Translations under genes and position numbers: made by a program | The notes under the pieces: model-generated | Databases searched by the model: none | What the model was told of the DNA's origin: nothing | The model's input: only the letters and a program-made list of their open reading frames with translations | Source of the DNA: a virus | Strand: one strand, 5' to 3' | DNA: 64,000 nucleotides | Virus record (IMG/VR): IMGVR_UViG_3300037088_000882 | Location: 1-64,000 of that record | In this document: positions 37,361 to 44,081 of the stretch, in pieces | Layout of the letters: the number at the start of each line of letters is the position of its first letter | Position numbering within the stretch: the stretch's first letter is position 1

Positions 37361-38661
37361 GTATGAACATATACGTTTTTAATATACTCCAAAGCATCTT
37401 CTTGATTCAAGATCGTCCCCTCGAGTTGTTGGTCCTCGATATCGGTTAAGATAATACCGAACTCTGGGCCTTGTTTAAAGCCCATATTAAGCAAATCCTT
37501 ACCAGTCACGATTCTTGGAGGACGAATTTCTTCTGGCTCATAAGTCTTGAGCTTTTCGATAACGAAATCATAGTTCTCAAGATTCCTATGCGATGATAAA
37601 CAATCTACCCGATGAAGAGCTAAATGATCTTCAATATTAGGTAGAGCCAGAAATCTTTTCAGTCGAGAAACTCTCATTTTCTTCACATGCATAAATTTCA
37701 TGTGGTTTTCGACTAAGTCTGAAATTCGAGTTACGAAATCATTTGAAAATTTCAACCTTTTCAAAATTCCCCAAGCAATATACTTACCCTTGATATCGTG
37801 GCCACTAAACCTTATACGGTCCTCGAAGGTTTGAGTAGGTGGCTTACCCACATCATGCAATAAGGTTGCCATTCTCACCTCAATAGAAGCCTCAGTAGGA
37901 AGATTTTCAAGAGCTTTTATCGTATGCTCGAGAACATCTCCTTCGGGGTGGTATTGAGGTGGTTGCTCACAACCCTTCATGGCCCGGACCTCGGGCAGGA
38001 TATGATCGATTAATCCAGTATCAAAAAGAAGGTTTACTGCCTTCCTGTAATTACCTGCCATAAGAATCTTAGTAAGTTCATCTGCAACTCTCTCGGCCGA
38101 GACCTGGGTTATTTCAAAGGCATGCCTTTGAACTGCCTCTATGGTGCCTGGATCGATTTTGAAATCAAACCTGGCAGAAAAACGTACAACTCTCATCATA
38201 CGTAATTTATCCTCAGCAATACGGTCATCAGGATTACCTATAAGCTTTATGATACCCTTATGAAGATCTTCAATACCTCCAACAGAATCGTAAATCTTAT
38301 CTTCAATTGGGTCATAGAACATCCCATTGATGGTAAGGTCCCTACGTTGAGCATCCTCTTCCATGGTGCAAAAAGAAACGCTATCGGGCCGTCGACCATC
38401 CGAGTACACTCCATCAGTCCTATAAGTAGCTACTTCGACTTCCTGGCCTTCATGGACGACTACAATGACTCCGAAAGCTTTGCCAACTGCAAGAGTCTTA
38501 TCGAATAATTGCTCGACCATTTCGGGACGTGCGTTAGTGGCTATGTCGATATCAGTTGAAGTCCTTTGTAAGAGCATGTCTCGGACATAGCCTCCAGCAA
38601 AGAGAGCTTCATAGCCATGGTCTCGTAATTTTTTAACTACATATAATGCTTGTTGTAACAT
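37351..38661 (-). CDS. cca: CCA-adding tRNA nucleotidyltransferase with HD domain
   Basis: AGGYVRD, DIDIAT, EDAQRRDLTINGM, EDKLRMMRVVRF, YHPEGDVLEHT and LLHDVGK motifs. Confidence 0.95.
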   Translation of the reverse strand: MLQQALYVVKKLRDHGYEALFAGGYVRDMLLQRTSTDIDIATNARPEMVEQLFDKTLAVGKAFGVIVVVHEGQEVEVATYRTDGVYSDGRRPDSVSFCTMEEDAQRRDLTINGMFYDPIEDKIYDSVGGIEDLHKGIIKLIGNPDDRIAEDKLRMMRVVRFSARFDFKIDPGTIEAVQRHAFEITQVSAERVADELTKILMAGNYRKAVNLLFDTGLIDHILPEVRAMKGCEQPPQYHPEGDVLEHTIKALENLPTEASIEVRMATLLHDVGKPPTQTFEDRIRFSGHDIKGKYIAWGILKRLKFSNDFVTRISDLVENHMKFMHVKKMRVSRLKRFLALPNIEDHLALHRVDCLSSHRNLENYDFVIEKLKTYEPEEIRPPRIVTGKDLLNMGFKQGPEFGIILTDIEDQQLEGTILNQEDALEYIKNVYVHTPV

Positions 38662-38662
38662 A

Positions 38663-38974
38663 TTATCCTATTTTGATATTTTCTTCTTCAATTTTAACCC
38701 CTTGTTTTTCAAGGGATTTGAGATCTCTTTCCAGTTCCTTTATATCTTGTTTTTTATGCTCCAAAACATATATGATAAATCTTTTTATAGCTATGGCATC
38801 TTCATCTGAAACTTGAACAGTTGAATAGCTTGAAAATTGTATCTCTGATTTTGTTGGATCATCTTTTTTATAGCACAGTATTCGTGTGTTTGCACTACCG
38901 CCTGTGAAAGAATATTCAATGCCTTCTGAAAAAAAAGATCCAGTACAGACATGCATAATATTAACATTTTTCAT
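38663..38974 (-). CDS. Hypothetical protein
   Basis: 103-aa ORF between tRNA-His and cca. Confidence 0.55.
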   Translation of the reverse strand: MKNVNIMHVCTGSFFSEGIEYSFTGGSANTRILCYKKDDPTKSEIQFSSYSTVQVSDEDAIAIKRFIIYVLEHKKQDIKELERDLKSLEKQGVKIEEENIKIG

Positions 38975-38993
38975 ATTTTATCCTATTTAAATT

Positions 38994-39071
38994 TGGGGTG
39001 GAAGACGGGGCTTGAACCCGCAACCACTGGCTTCACAGGCCAGGGCTCTAGCCAATTGAGCTACCTCCACC
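38994..39071 (-). tRNA. tRNA-His(GTG) with encoded G-1
   Basis: G-GTGGAGG..CTGGC-CT GTG AA-GCCAG..CTTCCAC-C-CCA. Confidence 0.93.
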
Positions 39072-39077
39072 ATAAAA

Positions 39078-39767
39078 TCAGTCTTCTCTTACTTGAACAA
39101 ATTTTTCGATGTATTCTCGATCTTTAGTGAAAATCGGAATGTTTAAATCTACATCCCCATTAACAACACAAAAACCACGTTTCCGCACAACTGGATATTT
39201 ATCGAAATTTATTCCTTTTTTCTGGAATAGTAACTCTTGTATTTCCTTACAAGAGACTTTATTTAATTCCTTGTGTGAAAAGTTTTCTCGCCCTGCCATC
39301 TGGATTGAGTTCCTGGTGGCATCCACTTGTCTCCATATGAAATAGTTTACTACCTCATCCTGAGGAATTGAAAAAACTCTACTATCAAAACAGACGTTGC
39401 TTCCATAGAGTCGAGAAAAGACTGCACTGGCCAAGGAAGCTGATATTGAAATCATTTTTCGTGCATCGTATCCGAACCAGGCATCTGTCGAGATCTTTTT
39501 ATAATCTGTTAAAAGAAAGCTTATTTCGTCGGATTGGCAGTAACAAAAACCGCACCCTTGAATGTCAGCTAATACCGTATTAGCAGTTGCGATCATTTGC
39601 TCGGTAAACTCCATGGACCATCCTTTTCCGAATCTTTTTCTGGTGATGGTGTGGAAGGCCCGGCCATCGATCCTGAGTATTACCGGAATCCGTCTTGGTA
39701 AAGTCCAAGCTGAGACTGATTCATAACGCTTCATGCGATCGCCTAGGTCTAACCTATCACTACTCAT
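39078..39767 (-). CDS. tRNA(His) guanylyltransferase / Thg1-like 3'-5' polymerase
   Basis: RMKRYE, RIDGRAFH, QSDEISFL, FDSRVF and YFIWRQVDATRNSI motifs; adjacent to tRNA-His. Confidence 0.93.
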   Translation of the reverse strand: MSSDRLDLGDRMKRYESVSAWTLPRRIPVILRIDGRAFHTITRKRFGKGWSMEFTEQMIATANTVLADIQGCGFCYCQSDEISFLLTDYKKISTDAWFGYDARKMISISASLASAVFSRLYGSNVCFDSRVFSIPQDEVVNYFIWRQVDATRNSIQMAGRENFSHKELNKVSCKEIQELLFQKKGINFDKYPVVRKRGFCVVNGDVDLNIPIFTKDREYIEKFVQVRED

Positions 39768-40014
39768 TTTTATTCCGATCTGTTATATAAGATTTAAGTC
39801 TTTTAATTATCCCATTTCCTGTTTCTATACCGTAGAAATCATTCACACAGTTATGGATTCTTTCTACGATTCGATCTGATTTTGATCCTTGTTTTACTGC
39901 GTTTTCGTAATAATCAATCCAGTCTACAAGCATGTTGTTTTTTTGCAGTACTTCTAACACAAATTCAAGAGGTAGCCCTATAGATGATACTACAAAATGG
40001 ATTCCTCTAACCAC
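39760..40014 (-). CDS. Small protein resembling the AlaRS helical 'YDTYGFPLDLT..VD' segment
   Basis: FVVSSIGLPLEFVLEVLQKNNMLVDWIDY; start uncertain; similarity judged by eye. Confidence 0.4.
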   Translation of the reverse strand: MVRGIHFVVSSIGLPLEFVLEVLQKNNMLVDWIDYYENAVKQGSKSDRIVERIHNCVNDFYGIETGNGIIKRLKSYITDRNKNE

Positions 40015-40096
40015 TATTTTTTTATCGGTCGAGTATCCTGAGAACTGTGATACGTTGCGTTTAGCATGAAGCTATTACCCTTCTATTATACATAAA

Positions 40097-40182
40097 TGGC
40101 GGAGGCGAGACGAGTCGAACGTCCAAGGCCTTTCGGCCGGCGGTTTTCAAGACCGCTGAATTACCAGTTATCCTACGCCTCC
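40097..40182 (-). tRNA. tRNA-Ser(TGA)
   Basis: GGAGGCG..GCGGT-CT TGA AA-ACCGC, variable arm GGCC-GAAA-GGCC, G73-CCA. Confidence 0.92.
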
Positions 40183-40192
40183 ATATATCTCA

Positions 40193-40265
40193 AGCCCACA
40201 TCCTGGATCGAACAGGAGACCTCATCCTTACCAAGGATGTGCTCTACCAACTGAGCTATGTGGGC
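40193..40265 (-). tRNA. tRNA-Thr(GGT)
   Basis: GCCCACA/TGTGGGC; CATCC-TT GGT AA-GGATG; no CCA. Confidence 0.93.
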
Positions 40266-40268
40266 ATA

Positions 40269-40709
40269 TTACCTTAACCCGTAAAGGTACAGCAATCCTG
40301 CCCATCCACTTGGAAGGCATTCTGGTGCTGTTTCTAATTTCTTTCCGTATTTCACAGCCATTTCTAAAAAATACTTAGCATGAAAGAATGCCTCTAACAT
40401 TGGCCGAGTGTGTTTGAGCCATTCCTTATTATGTTTTGAATCAAATACTTTACCAGTTCCTTCCTGGTATATTTGATCGAAGTCATCATTAAACATAACT
40501 CCTACAGGAGCTAAACTTTTTAAAGTTTCTATTATCTTTTGAGTGCTTCCCTGTATGCCGTATACTTTAAAAGAGGAATGGTAGAAACGGTAAACGTAAT
40601 CCTCATAACACCAATGGTCATTAATATCTTCCAGGAGCTTTTCAAGCTCGGGGAGTCTTGCCTTGATATTTACCAAGAGGTCTTTACTAAGATCTTGTCT
40701 CTCACTCAT
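40269..40709 (-). CDS. Hypothetical protein (146 aa; start corrected to ATG 40709)
   Basis: AAGGGAG RBS before MSERQDLSK; the track's longer N-terminus crosses the terminator and tRNA-Trp. Confidence 0.7.
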   Translation of the reverse strand: MSERQDLSKDLLVNIKARLPELEKLLEDINDHWCYEDYVYRFYHSSFKVYGIQGSTQKIIETLKSLAPVGVMFNDDFDQIYQEGTGKVFDSKHNKEWLKHTRPMLEAFFHAKYFLEMAVKYGKKLETAPECLPSGWAGLLYLYGLR

Positions 40710-40729
40710 AAGAACTCCCTTTTTAAAGA

Positions 40730-40791
40730 TGGCAGGAGTGGATCGAACCCCCATCGTCGGTTTTGGAGACCGGGTGCTTAGCGACACTCCT
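40730..40791 (-). pseudogene. Truncated tRNA-Trp(CCA), 62 nt
   Basis: Intact acceptor AGGAGTG/CACTCCT-G-CCA and CGGT-CT CCA AA-ACCG; D-loop and the 3' strand of the T-stem are deleted. Confidence 0.75.
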
Positions 40792-40793
40792 AT

Positions 40794-40835
40794 AAAACAA
40801 AAAACCCCGCCGAATCTTTCGATCGAGCAGGGTTT
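40794..40835 (-). terminator. Attenuator terminator B
   Basis: AAACCCTGCTCGATC-GAAA-GATTCGGCGGGGTTT followed by a T-tract; homologous to terminator A. Confidence 0.85.
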
Positions 40836-40864
40836 GATTTGAAACACTTTATTTTTACTTAACC

Positions 40865-40963
40865 TTACTCGATCTCCAATATAGTATGCCAATGTGCCCA
40901 TGATGTCGATGTGGTGGCCATTGCATTATTAGAGGATGATGTAGTAAGATTAATTGTTTTCAT
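40865..40963 (-). CDS. Leader peptide B (32 aa, Thr/Ser/Ala/Trp/His-rich) of a putative tRNA-operon attenuator
   Basis: MKTINLTTSSSNNAMATTSTSWAHWHTILEIE*; ATG is 7 nt after TATAAT; the stop region pairs with the terminator 5' arm. Confidence 0.8.
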   Translation of the reverse strand: MKTINLTTSSSNNAMATTSTSWAHWHTILEIE

Positions 40964-40970
40964 GGTTATA

Positions 40971-40999
40971 ATTATACTATATATTTCGGTTCGTGTCAA
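40971..40999 (-). promoter_or_regulatory. Consensus sigma70 promoter of tRNA operon B
   Basis: TTGACA-17 nt-TATAAT. Confidence 0.88.
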
Positions 41000-41009
41000 T
41001 ATTTTTAAT

Positions 41010-41468
41010 TTATTTCATATTTCTGCTTTTGAACTCTTCTATTATTTGTAAATGATCAAAAGCCATTTTTTCAGGTAATTCTGATATACGGAACCATTTA
41101 GCCTCTTTAGCGTCATCTCTAGCCTCTACTGCATCAATAAGTTTCTTGCTGTATGGGATGAGGGCATAATAGACAACAGACACTACTCGGCCTCTCGGGT
41201 CTCGGCCTGGGTCTCCAAAAGTTTTAAATTGTTTTAGAGGGATATTTTTTAAATCCTTGGTAGACAGAGATGTTTCTTCTTTTAATTCTCTGTAGGCGGC
41301 TTCTTCAAGGGTTTCTCCTGAGTCCAAATAGCCTCCAGGTATTGCCCACATATCTTTAAATGGGTTATTCACACGTTTTATGAGTAATATGTTTACCCAT
41401 TTTCTTATTGGGGTCATGATCACAATATCAACTGTTACGTTTTGTTTTTCGTATTTTCTTTTATTCAT
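41010..41468 (-). CDS. NUDIX hydrolase (ADP-ribose pyrophosphatase/NrtR-like Nudix domain)
   Basis: Nudix box GGYLDSGETLEEAAYRELKEETSL; FGDPGRDPRGRVVSVVY and AFDH motifs. Confidence 0.9.
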   Translation of the reverse strand: MNKRKYEKQNVTVDIVIMTPIRKWVNILLIKRVNNPFKDMWAIPGGYLDSGETLEEAAYRELKEETSLSTKDLKNIPLKQFKTFGDPGRDPRGRVVSVVYYALIPYSKKLIDAVEARDDAKEAKWFRISELPEKMAFDHLQIIEEFKSRNMK

Positions 41469-41488
41469 ATATTACCTTTGTTAAGAGA

Positions 41489-41558
41489 GGAAGTCCGAGA
41501 GACTGGAGGAAAAACTCGGACTTCCAAGAGCACCAGCATTTGACGCTGCTGTAGCTCC
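41489..41558 (-). other. Intergenic double hairpin (possible small RNA or regulatory element)
   Basis: Perfect 11-bp stem GGAAGTCCGAG/CTCGGACTTCC with loop TTTTTCCTCCAGTCT, preceded by a GAGC..CAGCA/TGCTG..GCTC hairpin. Confidence 0.45.
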
Positions 41559-41582
41559 ATAATTTATTATACTGTATTGCTA

Positions 41583-41741
41583 CTATCGATCTGAAATACG
41601 CTCTCTGGTTGAAAATCTATATTCACATTCAACACATTTTCTACGCCTTCGGATATATGTGGCATAATCACGGGAATCTATTACTATGGTTTTGCCTTTA
41701 CATTTTGGGCAAACAAGGTTTTTACGGTTGAGGTTTAACAT
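41583..41741 (-). CDS. Stand-alone NrdR-type zinc-ribbon protein (52 aa; not in ORF track)
   Basis: CPKCKGKTIVIDSRDYATYIRRRRKCVECEYRFSTRE matches the NrdR N-terminal CP.C..DSR..IRRRR.C..C..RF.T.E pattern; no ATP-cone. Confidence 0.75.
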   Translation of the reverse strand: MLNLNRKNLVCPKCKGKTIVIDSRDYATYIRRRRKCVECEYRFSTRERISDR

Positions 41742-41871
41742 CTGGTATCCTATCTTCGATCGTTACTATTGCGTGACATTGAGGACACGTAAGTTTTTTA
41801 GGGTTAAAAAGAATAGGTTCTAATTTTTCTTCTTCTGAAAGGGCTCCACAAAAACCGCATTTGTATTTCAT
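41722..41871 (-). CDS. Small zinc-ribbon protein (49 aa; not in ORF track)
   Basis: MKYKCGFCG...LTCPQCHA; abuts the upstream ORF. Confidence 0.55.
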   Translation of the reverse strand: MKYKCGFCGALSEEEKLEPILFNPKKLTCPQCHAIVTIEDRIPDVKPQP

Positions 41872-41872
41872 G

Positions 41873-42148
41873 TCACTTATTCCCTATCTCATTATTGGCG
41901 TCTAAAGACATAAGTGTGTTAGATGAAGCATCCTGTGACGTTCTTATTTCTTCACAATATCCTGAGCATTCCGTTACTACCCAATAAAGGCCGTCTTGCT
42001 TTTTTTCCTTAGTGAATTTATTACATACAGAGAAAGGGTCCCCAGCAATGAGAACACATGAAGCACACCTAGTTTCTCTACGTACTTCTCCTACGTGTCG
42101 AGCTGCGAGGCGAAAAGATGAATCGACTGGAATAAAGATGTAGTTCAC
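41873..42148 (-). CDS. Hypothetical protein
   Basis: 91-aa ORF in operon. Confidence 0.5.
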   Translation of the reverse strand: MNYIFIPVDSSFRLAARHVGEVRRETRCASCVLIAGDPFSVCNKFTKEKKQDGLYWVVTECSGYCEEIRTSQDASSNTLMSLDANNEIGNK

Positions 42149-42153
42149 GGTTT

Positions 42154-42729
42154 TTATTCATATTGCTGGACGGTTTGATCTAAATGCTCGATCGGTATAT
42201 TTGCTTTCTTTAACATATCAATTGATTCTTGTGCTTTTTGGTAAAGTTTTTTTGCAATGATTTTAGAAACTCCTATGCTTATAAGCATCATGGTGCAGGT
42301 TCTGCATGGGGTCATTGATACGTATACCATGGAACCATCTAAAGAGATTCCTCGACGAGCTGCTTGTAATATAGCATTTTGCTCTGCATGAATAGTTCGA
42401 ATACAGTGTTGTGATGGTGGCATCTCATATCGACTTTTAGCTGAGTTGTATGTGTGTGTATCTTTTCTTACTTGCATAATTATTTCTGCATCGTTGAATG
42501 CAGGCCACCCATTAACTCCAATCGTTTCATCTACAAATCTAATATGTTCTTCCATTTCATGCCCATATTTATCACAATGATCAAATCCTGGTGGGCTTCC
42601 AGCATATCCTGTGGTAAGTATTTGGTTATTCTTTACAAAGACGCATCCAGGTTTACCTCGATCGCAGGTAGACCTTTGAGATATTGAATCGACGACACTC
42701 ATGAAATATTCAGTCCAAGTAGGTCTCAT
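42154..42729 (-). CDS. dCMP deaminase (ComEB-like)
   Basis: RPTWTEYFM, RSTC, HAEQNA and PCRTC zinc-deaminase motifs; insertion between the HC motifs. Confidence 0.9.
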   Translation of the reverse strand: MRPTWTEYFMSVVDSISQRSTCDRGKPGCVFVKNNQILTTGYAGSPPGFDHCDKYGHEMEEHIRFVDETIGVNGWPAFNDAEIIMQVRKDTHTYNSAKSRYEMPPSQHCIRTIHAEQNAILQAARRGISLDGSMVYVSMTPCRTCTMMLISIGVSKIIAKKLYQKAQESIDMLKKANIPIEHLDQTVQQYE

Positions 42730-44081
42730 TTTTTAAATCCTAAACTTTTTGGTTCTTTGAAATGATTTTCGCATAATTTCTTATGGTCCTTAATAGCTGT
42801 TAAAATGGTATATGTCTCTTCATTTGTTATATTGTTACGTTTAAACTTCATTTTAGCCAGTTTTACGAACTCCGCTACAAAAGCCATACTCGAACCCTCT
42901 AATTCTTTAGCAAGGTCTCTAAGGGCTTCTTCTGATGTTATGTGGCTTGTGTAATCTATGCTGATATTGTAATACTTCAATAATTTATATATGTTATCCG
43001 GTGTAGGCTTTTCAACCTTATAGATTTTATCGAAGCGACCTGGTCGCCCTATTAATGCTTCATGTAAAATATCTGGAAAATTGGTGGTAGCAAAAAGAAT
43101 AATATCATCGAATTGGTCTACTCCGTCCATCCCTTTGAGAAGGCTGTGTAGTGAAATGCTTCCATAGTCCTTATCCATTTCACCGCTTTGAAAGGCCACA
43201 AATTTATCTATATCTTCCAAGACACATACACGAGGTTTTACTTCTTCTGGATAGAGTAAATAATCTATGCTGCTTTCATGTATATTATCAAAATTCAAAG
43301 TGCCATCCCGTTCAATTGCTCTTCTTATATCAAAATGCTCGAGTCCGTAATACTCACAAACTTTACGAATAAGAAGAGTTTTGCCATTGCCTGGGCTACC
43401 TGCAAGCATGTATCCACGACGCCATGCTAATTTAAGATCGTTTTTATAAAGATCTCGACTGATTAAAAAGTTATCGATATCTTCTCGAATATTCTTTAGT
43501 ATTTCATCTGGCAGAAAGATTGAATTAAAAGCATCCTTATCGCAGTTTTGTTCGGTAAGTTTTATTGCTCTGAGTTTTTTTGAGAATCTTTTAATAAAAG
43601 AGGTGATAGTGCTTTCATTCCACTCTTTATTTTTAGGGTCAAAGACAATCCATATATTGTTTGTGCTGCTAGATACGTAGGATTCATCGTAACTTAAGTA
43701 GTAAACTCCAGGCTCGATCTCGGCAAAACCGTTAGGGCATCGTAAGTCTAACCCGAGATTATTCCCATAAATATTTACATATGAAAAAGCAATTCCACCA
43801 TATGAGGATATTTTTGGGCCTATGTATGTTTCTAATCTCTTTGTATCAAAAGGATTATTCATCAATAAGCTATTCTCAGATAGACCGTATTTATTTAAGA
43901 TTAAGGCTATGCGGTTGAAATAGACTAAATCTGTGAGTGGGTCGTAAAGGGGTAGAATTTTTGGAATGTTTTTGATTTTTAAACCTAATTTAGGTTTTAC
44001 ATTACGTTGAGGCTTCCACCCTAGTCCTATTCCTGGTGGTGTGGCAACAGCTTGAGTTGTTTTACAGTATTGAGGATTCAT
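42726..44081 (-). CDS. AAA+ ATPase
   Basis: Walker A GSPGNGKT, Walker B VLEDID, SRH ATTN..RPGRFD. Confidence 0.9.
   Translation of the reverse strand: MNPQYCKTTQAVATPPGIGLGWKPQRNVKPKLGLKIKNIPKILPLYDPLTDLVYFNRIALILNKYGLSENSLLMNNPFDTKRLETYIGPKISSYGGIAFSYVNIYGNNLGLDLRCPNGFAEIEPGVYYLSYDESYVSSSTNNIWIVFDPKNKEWNESTITSFIKRFSKKLRAIKLTEQNCDKDAFNSIFLPDEILKNIREDIDNFLISRDLYKNDLKLAWRRGYMLAGSPGNGKTLLIRKVCEYYGLEHFDIRRAIERDGTLNFDNIHESSIDYLLYPEEVKPRVCVLEDIDKFVAFQSGEMDKDYGSISLHSLLKGMDGVDQFDDIILFATTNFPDILHEALIGRPGRFDKIYKVEKPTPDNIYKLLKYYNISIDYTSHITSEEALRDLAKELEGSSMAFVAEFVKLAKMKFKRNNITNEETYTILTAIKDHKKLCENHFKEPKSLGFKK

Noticed and set aside
40710-40901. N-terminal extension of the 210-aa track ORF
   Set aside because: It crosses terminator B and the tRNA-Trp remnant; the RBS supports ATG 40709.
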